Positions 22,689 through 40,719 of a stretch of 64,000 bases of DNA are shown here, in pieces (position 1 is the first letter of the stretch; every line of letters begins with the position of its first letter). The position numbers were made by a program, and so were the translations under genes. The notes under the pieces are model-generated. The model ran no database searches. It was not told the origin of the DNA and saw only the letters and a program-made list of their open reading frames with translations. This DNA is from Macrostomum lignano (lineage: Eukaryota), in the NCBI GenBank assembly GCA_002269645.1, contig NIVC01001091.1:228289-292288 (forward strand). Direction: 5' to 3'.

Positions 22689-24595
22689 CGTCGTTTGTTT
22701 TTGAATGTACGAGATGTCGTAGATGTCGGCGTAGAGTTGCCGTGGCAATGGCAAGCTTCCAGTTGGTAGAGTCCAACTATTTGTTTGAAGTTGTCATGAT
22801 TTTGGCAGTGTCTTGCATGACTGAAATTTTTAAATATTTATTCGGGGCACAGACCGAGTCAAATGGGGTTTATTGGTTGGCCTGACGCGTTGTCAATAAC
22901 TCTGGTCGTCAGGGAGCCACTGCAAAGAAATCTCTTGTCTCTTTGTCGTGAACTGACGACTCCAACGCAAGGGTGGAGACGTGTCTCAGGACAGCTTGTG
23001 GTCGAAGTTGACGCCCACACTGTGATTCGTAAAGGTCCGAAAGAAGATCCGCAGGAGGTCCATTATGTAAGGTCCGCGGCGTCTATATATGCGGATCTTA
23101 TCGTCAATGCGGACCTTAAACGTCCGAAAGGAAGGTCCTCAGAAGGTCCAAATTAAATGTCCGTGGCATCCTTGAAACGGAACTCTTGGTTGATTTCGTA
23201 CTGCATTTTTTCATAATTGAACTGTAGGAGGAGTTTATTTAATTATTGTTATAGCTACCAGGGAAGTTTTATTTTGTTCAAAGAGTAAAAATACCCATTT
23301 TTGTAAAGATACATTCTTTTCCGTTTTCATTTGCGAACGCTTTCCTGACAAAGGTTTTCTTAATTTAGTAAATGTGTTGGATGTGCTTTTTAAAAGAACA
23401 ATTATATTTCGCCAAGCAACAAAAGATGCTTAGAAGTAATTGAAAGCAAGTACAAGGCAATACATTATACAGGCATTGAAATCAATTGAAATTGAAAGCA
23501 AGAAAAAAACAATGCATTATGCGGGCATTCAGAGTAGCTAAGTATTAGTGACTGTCAAAAACCAATTATGAGGTAAAAAATGCACCGATAACATGTAACA
23601 TTATATCATTAGCTATAATAAAGCATGTAAGGAACACTATATACAAAAATATGCAATTAATAATGCATAAAAAACCAGACTGACAGCAAAAACAACGATT
23701 GACAAAAGATACCAGTTCATTCATTTACTTCTAAATAATTCTAAATATCAATCATAATTCAAACAACTATTTTGGGATTGTGTAGAGGGGACATAAATAC
23801 AACACCATCCAAAGAGCTATTTCGCTTTGAATTGAATCCCCAGTTCTTTATGGATGTGATGTATTGTTAAGAAGCAAATGAATGATTGTAGAAATATTAC
23901 TTAGTGTCAGCGAACTATGGGCACCAGCATCATCATTCAGCAACAAATAAAGCATGATTAGCGAAATGCAGTGAGCAAAGATATGGCATCACTGCGTGAA
24001 TGAATCTAAATTTCTTGCCACTGACATTGAACTTGATGAACTAGGCATAGACTCAATCTAACGATGCATTCTATAAATATGAAGTTATATCCTAAAGAAT
24101 GGTATGATCTATTGTGTGTGTCACTAATTTCTTTATGTTAGTTGATTGAAAAGAGCAAAATTAGCACTTAAAATCATCCATAATCCATAATACCCTTGGC
24201 CGTTGGTTGGCCCTTCTAGAGTTCTAGGCTCTGAGCCTAGTTAAAAAATATTTTATACTTTCTTCTTGAAGCCTTATTTAATAAGCCCTACAATAGATGC
24301 TAGACACGTCTGCTCATGGTATTAAAATACGAAGGTTCATCACATTCAAGTTTCATCTTTTAGATTGGTCAAATACAGCTTTTAAGAAAATAAACAACTT
24401 GCAACGTTTAATGTAATGTATTAGCAAATCCTCCGGTGAAAAAGAACTAAATTAGCTTGAGTTTATGTATTTTATTTATCATCACCCTATCATACGAGTA
24501 TGAGTTCCATTGATTTTTGTTGAAGACTCATTCTGTGAGGTCCGAATTTTTTTATAAGGTCCGAAATTCCAATTCGGACCCCCGATGGCCGTTAT

Positions 24596-24900
24596 TTATT
24601 TACAGTGCAGAATTTTCGGATAAAAGGCCTGCGGGAGCTGGGTGCCGTTGATGCAGACGTGCAGTCGACGCGAGTACTCGCGCTGGTCCGGGCTGAAGAA
24701 AGTAGCCGTGCAGTTTGAAGTCCAGATCTGTAGTTTGCGCGACTCCAGGAAAGGTGCGAGTTCGGCTAGGTAGTCGTTGAGCTGCTGTTCAATAGAGCTG
24801 CAGATTAGATCCAGATTGGCAACGGTAAGGTCATCCGCGTAGCGGCCGTAGCCGATCAGGTTAGTCTGACTTTCGTCTGGCTTGCCGGTAAACTCGAGGT
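24596..24900 (-). mobile_element. Fragment of a non-LTR retrotransposon RT (domains 5-7)
   Basis: YADDLT...LNDYLAELAPFLESRKLQI...INGTQLP...PKIL, in a GC-rich island within the AT-rich intron. Confidence 0.75.
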
Positions 24901-25691
24901 GCGAACTCGACTTACCTTTCGGCGAGTCTTGGAAAATTGTTTGCAATTCACTATACCAGGGTCTATCTTCGTCACGGAACGTCGCTTCCTGCTGAATTGG
25001 ACGCCTTGATGCCTTCGATACTCACAAAACTACAAAACAAAATTACAAAACTGCGTCAATACTCACAAGACAACATGCAGCTGCAGCAGCCACAATACCA
25101 ACAGCACTCCTCATGCGGACATTAAAATCCGTTAAATTTTGAAATACGAGTAATATATTTGAAGATGACATTATTTTAACAAAAAGGCCAAAAAGGTCCA
25201 TCTATAATTTTTTCGGACACAAGCAGGTCTCAGCTATCTTCTCGACAGCCGATAATTTGTCTAACAGTTTCGTAATTTCAATGGAATTCAATTTGCAATA
25301 CTTCATTCGCAAGCGTCTGCATTAGCTTTGCCTCAGACAGAGTGGCGGTAGCAACTGCCAGCAGAATGATTTCGACCTTAATTGTTAAAACTTGAAGGCG
25401 CATTGAATCGAAAGTGCAAGGGAAAGTACACAAGTAAATAAGCGCAAGGGCAAGTTTGTAATGGCCAAAATAACAGCGCACTGTAAATAAAGGATCAATT
25501 GATATAACAAACTAATATTGACGATAAACAAATCAAAACAAGCAGCAAACAATCAACGTAAACGCCGTGCGCGTAGACAGTTTTGATTCATGCTCTTAAC
25601 TTTGAACCATACATGATACTGAATATTCTATAAGGCTACTTAAGTACAGCACTCTGGCAGGCATATCACTCCACTCTCTTGCACCTAACAG

Positions 25692-26158
25692 GACGCATGC
25701 TGCTACAGGGCTGCGCGCTTGGCTTAGCCCGACCGTGCGCCGCTGTCTGCGCAGCCGCTAGCGCCGGCGACGCGCTGGTTCTGGCGCCTGGCCAGCGCTG
25801 GCTAACCGGTCAGCAGCGCGGCCTGGCCCGGGGCACCAATTCTGATCACGTGGCCTGCCTAGTCGCCCTGCGAATGTTCGAATCGGCCTCCGCTGGCGGC
25901 CCCGGTCGAGCCGAATGGATGTGCGAGGAGCGCGGACTTAGCGCTCCAACGTTGCGCGCCACTCTGGAAGCGCGCAATCAATTGTTGGGCATTCTGCACT
26001 CGTCCGGTTTTGTTGGCGATCACGAGATTGACGGGCCCGAAGGTCCGGCAGCCGCTGATACAGTTGGCGGGGAAGGATTCGACGACTGGGGCGCTTTGGT
26101 CAGCCTGATCACTCTGGGCCTGAGTCCCAATGTCTGCTATCACAAGGAAAAGCGGAAG
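25692..26158 (+). CDS. DHX9: DHX9 exon 8, HA2 domain
   Basis: CTAACAG acceptor (phase 1) gives GRMLLQGC; SDHVA, LRATLEARNQL and PNVCYHKEKRK; AAG|GTGCG donor. Confidence 0.92.
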
Positions 26159-26309
26159 GTGCGCGCATATAATGAATTTATTTTCCCTTCAAAAACTGTC
26201 CTTCGATCCCAGTGCGTATCTTCAAACTGTATCGAATCTTTACCGGTTTCATGTCACCTATTCCAGATATTTATTGATTTATTTTTTCTCTGAATTCTCC
26301 AGCGCTTGT

Positions 26310-28385
26310 CTTACCCATCCCCTATCTTCCCCATTCACTATCTTCCCAATGTCTTATCTTCCCTATTCACTATCTTCCCCATTCACTATCTTCCCAATGT
26401 CTTATCTTCCCTATTCACTATCTTCCCCATTCACTATCTTCCCCATCCACTATCTTCCCCATCCACTATCTTCCCCATTCACTATCTTCCCAATGTCTTA
26501 TCTTCCCTATTCACTATCTTCCCCATTCACTATCTTCCCAATGTCTTATCTTCCCTATTCACTATCTTCCCCATTCACTATCTTCCCCATCCACTATCTT
26601 CCCCATCCACTATCTTCCCCATTCACTATCTTCCCAATGTCTTATCTTCCCTATTCACTATCTTCCCCATTCACTATCTTCCCCATCCACTATCTTACCC
26701 ATCCCCTATCTTCCCCATTCACTATCTTCCCAATGTCTTATCTTCCCTATTCACTATCTTCCCCATTCACTATCTTCCCAATGTCTTATCTTCCCTATTC
26801 ACTATCTTCCCCATTCACTATCTTCCCCATTCACTATCTTCCCCATTCACTATCTTCCCCATCCACTATCTTCCCCATCCACTATCTTCCCCATCCACTA
26901 TCTTTCCCATCCACTATCTTCCCATCCACTATCTTCCCCATTCACTATCTTCCCAATGTCTTATCTTCCCTATTCACTATCTTCCCCATTCACTATCTTC
27001 CCCATCCACTATCTTCCCCATCCACTATCTTCCCCATTCACTATCTTCCCAATGTCTTATCTTCCCTATTCACTATCTTCCCCATTCACTATCTTCCCCA
27101 TCCACTATCTTCCCCATCCACTATCTTCCCCATTCACTATCTTCCCCATTCAGTATCTTCCCCATTCACTATCTTCCCCATCCACTATCTTCCCCATCCA
27201 CTATCTTCCCCATCCACTATCTTTCCCATCCACTATCTTCCCATCCACTATCTTCCCCATTCACTATCTTCCCCATTCACTATCTTCCCAATGTCTTATC
27301 TTCCCTATTCACTATCTTCCCCATCCACTATCTTCCCCATTCACTATCTTCCCCATTCACTATCTTCCCAATTCACTATCTTCCCCATTCACTATCTTCC
27401 CTATTCACTATCTTCCCCATTCACTATCTTCCCAATGTCTTATCTTCCCTATTCACTATCTTCCCCATTCACTATCTTCCCCATTCACTATCTTCCCCAT
27501 CCACTATCTTCCCCATCCACTATCTTTCCCATCCACTATCTTCCCCATCCACTATCTTCCCCATTCACTATCTTCCCCATTCACTATCTTCCCAATGTCT
27601 TATCTTCCCTATTCACTATCTTCCCTATTCACTATCTTCCCCATTCACTATCTTCCCCATCCACTATCTTCCCCATCCACTATCTTTCCCATCCACTATC
27701 TTCCCCATTCACTATCTTCCCAATGTCTTATCTTCCCTATTCACTATCTTCCCTATTCACTATCTTCCCAATTCACTATCTTTCCCATCCACTATCTTCC
27801 CATCCACTATCTTCCCCATTCACTATCTTCCCCATCCACTATCTTTCCCATCCACTATCTTCCCCATTCACTATCTTCCCAATGTCTTATCTTCCCTATT
27901 CACTATCTTCCCTATTCACTATCTTCCCTATTCACTATCTTCCCAATTCACTATCTTTCCCATCCACTATCTTCCCATCCACTATCTTCCCCATTCACTA
28001 TCTTCCCAATGTCTTATCTTCCCTATTCACTATCTTCCCCATCCACTATCTTCCCCATTCACTATCTTCCCTATCCACTATCTTCCCCATTCACTATCTT
28101 CCCAATGTCTTATCTTCCCTATTCACTATCTTCCCCATCCACTATCTTCCCCATTCACTATCTTCCCTATCCACTATCTTCCCAATGTCTTATCTTCCCT
28201 ATTCACTATCTTCCACATTCACTATCTTTCCCATCCACTATCTTTTCATCCACTATCTTCCCCATTCACTATCTTCCCCATTCACTATCTTCCCCATCCA
28301 CTATTTTCCCCATCCACTATCTTCCGAATCGCTTATCTTCCCCATCCACTATCTTCCCAATCGCTTATCTTCCCCATTCACTGTC
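26310..28385. repeat. 16-bp minisatellite TATCTTCCCCATTCAC, DHX9 intron 8
   Basis: More than 100 units; source of spurious 490-768 aa ORFs. Confidence 0.97.
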
Positions 28386-28506
28386 CTTTCTTCCTCACAT
28401 TATTCCTATTTTCCATATCGGCCCATAAATCGTTAGCTTTTCCACCTCTGTACATCTCATATCGTAATAATTTTCATTTAATGCGGCCTTATCAAACAAT
28501 GCGCAG

Positions 28507-29322
28507 GTAATAACAGCTGAAGGTCGCGCCGCGCTTGTCCACAAATCCTCCGTAGTGGCCAGCAACTTCCCCGATCTGCACTTCCCGTCACCTCTATTTG
28601 TGTTCGGGGAGAAGCTGCGCACCAGGGCGGTGTCCTGCAAGCAGCTGTCCAACGTCACGCCGCTCCAATACCTTGTGTTCGGCGCTCGCAAAGCCGTCTG
28701 GACTGGCGGCCGGGTCCTCCTAGACGATTGGATCGGCCTTCAGGTTGACTTCGATACGGCTGCTAAGCTGCTCAGCCTTCGGCCAGCCTTGGAGGCCCTG
28801 CTAGTGAAAGCCTGTCTGCAGCCCGAATCGGTGATTGCCACTACGGCGCCGGACGAGCGGGACAAACGGCTTAGCGATATGTTTCGCTCGTTGAGCCGCT
28901 TCAATGCGGCCGAATGCGGCGTTGCTAGCGGCGTTGCTAGCGGCGTTGCTAGCGGCGGCAAAGAAAGCGAAGATCCTTCCGCTGCTACTGCTAGTAGTAG
29001 CGATCAGTTAAATCAGCCGCCTTATAAGCGATTTAGACCTGCTGGCGGTCAGCTTCAGCAGCAGCAGCAGCAGCAGCTGCAGTTTTCGCCTCGTGGACCG
29101 CCGCCTCCGCCAGGCGCTGTGATAGGCCGCGGCTGGACGCCTCAGCCGACGAGTCAACAGCAGCGACAGCCGGGCTTCTTCGGCGGAGCCGGCGGCCGGT
29201 TCGGCAGCCCGCTGCCGCAGTACCAACAGCGGCAGCCACGTTTCGGCGGCGGCTTCGGCCGTGGCGGTGGCTTCGGCCGTGGCGGCGGCTTCGGTCGTCC
29301 GCCTTATTATGGTCCCAGATGA
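28507..29322 (+). CDS. DHX9: DHX9 exon 9, OB-fold and RGG-type tail
   Basis: GCGCAG acceptor; AALVHKSSV, PSPLFVFGEKLRTRAVSCK, DDWI and GGGFGRGGGFGRGGGFGR; TGA at 29320-29322. The joined CDS is 3978 nt with consistent phases. Confidence 0.95.
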   Translation, partial: VITAEGRAALVHKSSVVASNFPDLHFPSPLFVFGEKLRTRAVSCKQLSNVTPLQYLVFGARKAVWTGGRVLLDDWIGLQVDFDTAAKLLSLRPALEALLVKACLQPESVIATTAPDERDKRLSDMFRSLSRFNAAECGVASGVASGVASGGKESEDPSAATASSSDQLNQPPYKRFRPAGGQLQQQQQQQLQFSPRGPPPPPGAVIGRGWTPQPTSQQQRQPGFFGGAGGRFGSPLPQYQQRQPRFGGGFGRGGGFGRGGGFGRPPYYGPR

Positions 29323-29364
29323 TGATGAGGAAAGCGAATTTGCATATATCATCCACGAGCTGCT

Positions 29365-29905
29365 GCTGATAATGGTGATGATGGTGATAATGATGAGAAT
29401 GATGATGATTGTGATTATAATGATGATAATAATAATGATTATGATGATTATGATGATAATGATGATGATTGTGATTATAATGATGATAATAATAATGATT
29501 ATGATGATTATGATGATAATGATGATGATTGTGATTATAATGATGATAATAATAATGATTATGATGATTATGATGATAATGATGATGATTGTGATTATAA
29601 TGATGATAATAATGATGATTATGATGATAATAATTATGATTATGATGATAATGATTATAGTAATGATGATTATGATGATAATGATTATAGTAATGATGAT
29701 TATGTTGATAATATTGATGATAATATTGATAATAGTGATGATTATGATGATAATGATGGTAATAAAAATAATAATGATAATAATGGGGATTATGATGAAG
29801 ATGATGATAACGATGATAATGATGATGATCGTGATGATTATTATGATGATGATACTAATAATAATGATGATGATAGTGATTATAATGATAGTTATTATTA
29901 TTATT
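29365..29905. repeat. ATG/ATA/ATT trinucleotide array with a 60-bp higher-order unit
   Basis: GATGATGATTGTGATTATAATGATGATAATAATAATGATTATGATGATTATGATGATAAT repeats about 4 times from 29401, then degenerates. Confidence 0.9.
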
Positions 29906-30259
29906 TAATATTATAGTAATATGGATAGCAATAATAATAGCTATAGGGTCTGATAACCACAAGAATGCCCGTAATAATAACTATACGTCATAAACTTAAC
30001 TCAGTTTATTTAATAGTATATTAGCTCGTAATACTGTCGTATTTTATTCTCGCAGTCATTTCTACCATGCTACCAGGATGCAAATGTTAGCGTTAGAAGG
30101 TGGATGACGCTGGGATGCTGAAAGTAAAAAACAATTTTGAATAGTTTTGTGTGCGTTGAATCCGCTGCATTTCGGACGTACTTTTAAAATCGTACGATGC
30201 TGTTTTCTTAGAAAATTAACTTAATAGTTTGTTATAATAAATATAATGCCGTATTCGTT

Positions 30260-30558
30260 CATACATGCGCAACAGTCGGCCGAGTCGGCCGATCCGGCCG
30301 ACCGATTTGGCGGCCAACCAAGGAAGTCGCAAAAATGCCCACCCGAAAAAATAACCAAATAGTAGTACTAAGTAGCTGACGAGGCATTTTGGATTAATAA
30401 CACAGTTATAGTTACTCCTGCCGTTTACCTAAAGTTGCGTTAATTTTGCTTTAGGGTTTTTTTTACATGTAAGTCGCATTTTTGGCCAAAAACTACGTCG
30501 CATTTTTGTTAAAACTAAGTCGCATGGCCGACCGAATTTTGGAGGTTGCGCATGTATG
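30260..30558. mobile_element. 299-bp MITE (hAT- or P-like)
   Basis: Perfect 14-bp TIRs CATACATGCGCAAC (30260-30273; inverse at 30545-30558); 8-bp TSD TATTCGTT (30252-30259 and 30559-30566); subterminal GGCCGA repeats. Confidence 0.88.
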
Positions 30559-31120
30559 TATTCGTTTATCGAGTGGAAATAGCTGTCCGTTTTTTGTCGA
30601 TTTTTTTTTACATTTTATTCAAACTTTAGGCAGCATTATTAAAGACAGGTTTAGTTGGCTAGGCTTTCAAAGTCTGACAGATTTGACAGCACCGGAGCTG
30701 GGCGAATCTGGTTAAACCTTTTTCTCTGTATATAGATCCTGCAGCTGGTCTGATGAGGAACAATTTTTGAATTAGGATTTCAGGTGGATCGTTAGCTGGT
30801 AGATTTTCTGGGAGATCTGTGTTCCCTCCCGCCTCCGCCAGGAGTGTCATTCATCAAGCGCCTGTCTGGCCGGGGCGGACCTCCCGCTGACAAGCTGCAG
30901 CGGGTAGGAGGAAAGCCTATGGGGGGATTAAGGGATTAAGGAGGCCGCTGCTTTTCCTGTCTGTCTCTGTGTGTATGTGTTTTTTCACCTGGCGAATCGC
31001 ACTATTTTTTAGAGACATTCACCGCCACACTGTGTGGGCAGTTTAAAGTTTCCAGTGCTTACAAGGGGTAGAGATCTCGTGCGATGGATGTCACAGGGAT
31101 GGCCATGATCCAGAACTTGT

Positions 31121-31412
31121 GGTTGTAGGCTTTTGGTTAGAGCGTCGGGCTCAACTGGCAGGTCGGGGGTTCGATTCCCGGAACCACTTGGAACAATTTG
31201 TGTCCTTGAGCAAGACACTTAACTCTGCATTGCTTCAGTTCACCCAGCTGTAAAATGGGTGCCAGCATTAGCTGGGGTGATTGAGGCTGTATGTGGCGAC
31301 CCCTTTAGACTGAACAGCCGTACGCAGCCTTCAGATGCACCGCGCAATAGCTGCGGCTGAGCTGTCGGTTGCACATCTGTCCATCAGGGCAGGTAAAATT
31401 AATTATTATTAT
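31121..31412 (+). mobile_element. tRNA-derived SINE with a V-type central domain
   Basis: A-box-like TGGTTAGAGCG and B box GGTTCGATTCC (31168-31178); GTGTCCTTGAGCAAGACACTTAAC...CACCCAGCTGTAAAATGGGT resembles the V-SINE core; short (ATT)n tail. Confidence 0.78.
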
Positions 31413-32015
31413 TAACATTATATTATGAATTATATCTATCATTGATCAGTCATCAATCTCTGCATCAACAGTTGGTGGGTTTTGTCTGTTCCAGACTCTA
31501 TTTGAAAATCTCCTTGGGTGCAGCCCCCCCCCCCCAGTTTTTCCTGGCGGTAAACCGTCTTTTTTTATCAATTCGATCTTTCAAAGAATTTACAGAGGCT
31601 GGGTCCGGCGACTGAACTTTCTTCTTCCTAATCTTCTTGCCCTGTTGCTGGCTGGCCCCATCTATTATACAGACTGCATGCTGTTTTTCCCCAGCAGATT
31701 GGCTTTGTTAGTTCGCACCCGAATAGCATTTCCGTGTCCGCAGCGTCTTGTCTGCCTTCTGCACGTATTTTTTCAGCTGTGTTGTAATCCGACAAACGCT
31801 CTTCGAAAAATTGTATTTCTGTTTAGAATCGGAAAAATCTGGGGAGAACAACTTTTGGCGGTATTTATTGCTTTATTAGAAGAACGACTCCATAATGCTG
31901 GTTTATGACGAAGTTTTTTATTCTTTAAGCTTGCCTTATTAGCTTATAAAATTTAGCAATTTACCTCCTGTTTGTACTTTTATAGCTACTTTCAGTAGTT
32001 TAATAATATCGCAGG

Positions 32016-34959
<2,944 letters not shown>

Positions 34960-37789
34960 TTATTATTAGTACTAAGAGTTGTTGAATTGGCACGTCAGTG
35001 CAATGCTGCAAAGTGTTTGTTGCGGCCCTCAAATTTATTCTCTTCTTTTAGTAATTCGCAGCCGCTGCCAAACCTGGTGAGAGAACAAAGAGTGCCAAAA
35101 AAAATTGCAGCCATAAATTATGCTTCGGCTCCGTCCCAAATGGTTTTAGCCGAGTCACTTGCCAATAGGGGTCCCTCCCCTCTCTTCCCTGTCCTTTCCT
35201 GTCTTTCTGGTGCCAAGGGCTTATAAGCGGCTCTAGAGACTAAACATCTGGCCTAGCGGGCTGGGAATACTAATCAAATAGGATGAAAGAAAGGCTAGCG
35301 CGGGATTGTGGTTGGATAGGGGATGAATCTTCCAGTGGGAAAAATTGCTACTAAAGAAAGAGTCTCCAGGATCTTCGTACCTATTTGTGTGTGGGTGTAT
35401 AAGTGTAGGCACTGCCAGAGCTCGGGGTTGGTTAGCAAATATTAGGAAGCCTTCGTCAGCAAGATTAGGGAGTTGTTTGATTTGTTATAAAAGGGGAGTC
35501 CACGGGAAGGTTTTCAGGGCGAGCCCCCCCTCCCCCGACTGACTTATGTGGCTGCCGCCTTTTCACCCCCCGTCCCAACAGCTAACTCTAGTGTGCTGTG
35601 ACAATGAGACCCCGGTGATTCATTCATCTGGCTTGGGGGAATTTTCAACTGGGGCGTGGCGGAAGGCGCGGCAAAAGAGGAAGGGGAGGTGGAATGCTTA
35701 AAAAGGCGGATCGTTATGTGTAAATGCCCGCCTTGTGTGTGTGTGTGTTTTGGGACCTTTCGCTGACTGCTTGCGTTTTTCTCCCTTCTTTTTTTCAGGC
35801 GCCAGGTCTTCCCAGCAGCAACCCCTCTCCGCCCGCTGCTCCCCCGCTGTTTTAGTTCCAGATTTCCCTCCCTTTCTACTTCTGCAGCTCTCTGTAGATA
35901 TGACGGATTCTCTACCTTATCGGAGTATTGTGTTTCCAAACTGGCGCTGACCTGTCACGTGTGTGCGCTATGTCTAAAAACTATAATTCCGCTCTCTCTC
36001 TCTCTCAGCCCCTGTTTCCACGCTCTTGTTTGTTTAGTCACTGCACTGGATCCTCCTGTCTGCCTTGGCCTTTATAGTCGCATAACTTATCTTAATTCTT
36101 CCCTAACTCTCTCCCTCACTCCTGCAGGGTTGGGTGTGGGGGGAGGCGAGGTCATCTGGCTGGCTTGGCTGGGGTAACTTGTGTCTTTGTAAATCCCTTC
36201 CCTAGCCTAAGCCAGCCAGCCTACGCTTTCTTCAGTTTTATTTCCTTTTTAAAGCTGACTAACTGCTTTTTCCTCTCTTCTTTAGCTGGGCCACTTCTCT
36301 CGTCAAACTCGGGGTTTGCGTGACGAATTAGCCTCCCTATTGGTGATTGGGAAAGACGAGTGGGAAGGAGACAGGCGGGGATATCTAAGGGAGAAATAAT
36401 GATGATGTTGATGACCTGCTGCTGCTGCTGCCACCGCTGGGCTAAAATGAACCAGTCTCTCCCACACTACCCCCCCCACTTCCTCTGATGGCTCGGTTGT
36501 TCAGATCCCCCGAAACAAACCCGTCTCCCCGTGCCCACATTTTTCTAACCAAGCTTTAGGACGACAGGATTATGATGAGGCCGAAGCTTTGGGGTGCCGA
36601 TTTGAAACCCTAGAACGCTGCCCCAACCCCATCCAGCCGCGAGAGATGTGAAGCGAAGCATTAGCAATGGAACGGCTTTGGGACAAAGAAACTTGTGGAG
36701 AGAGAGAGGTTCTGGGTAACAGGAAGTGAGCGACGAATTATAATAAATTCCCGTGTTACATAATCGGTCCACGCGCCGTCTCTCCCAGTTTTCCCCCTGA
36801 GGGGATTTCTCGCGCCAGATCAGGTCAGAGAGATTTTTACTCAGTTTTTGTCTCTCTCTTAGATGCTTATCAACATTGCTGAATAGGAAGGGAATTATGA
36901 TGACTAACTACCCTGTGGCTTAACGCTCTGTTGCAATCTGTCCCAGTTAAACATACTTCTGGCAGTCAAAAATCAATCATTTACACTGAGTTTTTATTGT
37001 TTATCTTTTTAGGGTTTCTCATTTTTTTCCTCAGGTTTCGCAAGACTAATTAGCTAAGTGGCTATAAGTAGGCAGAGAATATCTGCTCGGGGTTTGAGCT
37101 TATTAATAATTAATGCGGCATTCACAGTCCAGTGAAGCTCTGTAAGCTAGCTATATGGGTGAAAGAGGGGATTTCCTCTCTTGGGATTTTTTTCCCCAGA
37201 AGTGTTTGAGAGTGTAGCATCTAATAGTAGGAGAGCACTCAGCATCTTGGCCTCATCATCTCTGCTCAGAAGCTTTCATATTGTCTGCCTGTCTATACAG
37301 ACTTAACCAACTCTGTGTGCGCGCGAGAGAAAAGGAAGGGAAGCGAGTTAAAAAATGCAAATTAGAAGAATTGATAAAGCTGTTTCTCATCGCCTGAGAT
37401 GAGTGAGTTTTGGCCACTTTTTCGGGGATGCCCTCCTGCCAACTGATTAATGTGCGGCGCTAAGCAGCTGATTTGTAAGCATTGCATTGCTCCCTGCAGA
37501 AGCAGAAATCGCTAGACTGATTTCTCCCATGAAATCCTTCCAGTCCAGCTCCCAGTCTCGCTTGTCTGCACTTGCACTTTCCGCTGTGCAGTCTGAGCCC
37601 CTCATCCCCCGTATCCCTCTTCTCCTCTCCTGTCTGCTTTCCGCCATCTCCGAGCCCTGAGCAGCCCTCGTCTGCCTCCCCCCGTGTCGTCATAGTTATA
37701 GGGTTACTAAATATAGAACTTGCCCTGCTCTTCACTCTCTCCCCTTCGCATTGATTTTTATTTCTTTACATTCATCAGTCCAAGTAAGT

Positions 37790-38031
37790 ATACTACTGAG
37801 CGCGATCCTAGCGGGAAATTAGATGAAAAATATTTAATCTCTTTAGCATTAAGCAATTTCTTAGCCACGATACATGTACTGTCACGGAAAATGTCGAATG
37901 ATCTAACAGTGCAAGTTTCATGAAAATCGATTGAGCCGTTTTTTCTGAAGTCAATCAGAGATGGATAGAAAGATAGATAGATGGATAGATATAAAAACAA
38001 AGAAAAAAAACCACGCACACAGTTCGACTAG
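37790..38031 (+). mobile_element. Putative non-autonomous Helitron/Helentron-like (Lep1/DINE-1-type) element
   Basis: AAGTTTCATGAAAATCGATTGAGCCGTTTTT motif followed by a short GATA run, and a CTAG end at 38028-38031. Resemblance is from memory only. Confidence 0.45.
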
Positions 38032-39842
<1,811 letters not shown>

Positions 39843-40719
39843 CAAACCATTTTTACTATACACGAGTTATACGGTATGTTGTCACTCTTTTGCAACTTGT
39901 CTCACAAGCAGAAAGCAGCAATCGGCCCCATTAGTTTAGTAGGATTATAAAAGGTACGCGCAATTTTAGAAACATTCGCCTCCCGCCTTCTTTGTGCGCT
40001 TCGAGTGTACGCTGTCCGGCTCCCTCAAGCCCTCCTGTTTCGGCCAACCAATATAAGCCGAAGTATAAAGTTTACCGTGGTCTTCTTTGCTTGCTGCTGC
40101 CGCCGCCGATTGCTGTGTGTACAGCGCTGTGTTGAGCTGGCTATCAGCCCCACCCCACCCCGCACACCCCTGTCCGGTTCCTCACCACATATTTCTCCCC
40201 TTCCTCCACTGCCCCGATCGCCCCAATTTCAGGTCCCCAAGACCCTCCGGTACCATCCTCGGTTCCTGTACTGTCTCTCCCGCCCTCCCTCCTGTCCTTC
40301 CCAACCCCCAACCCCGCCCATGGTGAACGCATTGCACTGGCAGTCTTTCTGCTATATAGATTTTAGCTTATTGGATCGAGAGGACAGAGAGAGGGGGTTG
40401 GTGGACGCGCGGTTTTTGAGGTGTATTTTGGCTTCTTTGTTCTCCGATTTCCTTTTACTACTGCATACTGCTGCTACAAACTCATTCCGAGGCAGCTCCA
40501 GCAGCAGTGCCATCCCCTCCTCTCCCCCTATATTTAATCCTCTCTCCAGCCTATCTTGAAGCTTTTGTGCTGTGTTTTTAAACTGCAATTTTGTTTTGTT
40601 GACATTTGCAGCCAAATCGCCGAAATGCGCAACAGCCAGCGCCGCCGGCCATAGTTTATCGCCTCCTTCTCAGTCTCCCTACTCTCTCTCTGTTGTTGCT
40701 TTCTTCTCTGCTCCTAACC

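Noticed and set aside
26130-28510. Long ORFs of 490-768 aa (IFPIHYLP repeats)
   Set aside because: Stop-free translation of a 16-bp minisatellite in all three frames inside DHX9 intron 8.
31121-31190. tRNA gene
   Set aside because: A and B boxes are present, but I see no convincing acceptor or anticodon stems, and the sequence runs into a SINE core and tail.
35000-37780. Short ORFs in the GC-rich region upstream of Src
   Set aside because: No domain or codon pattern; more likely promoter or UTR DNA (ATTGG and GGCGGG motifs near 36340-36380), but no TSS can be supported.
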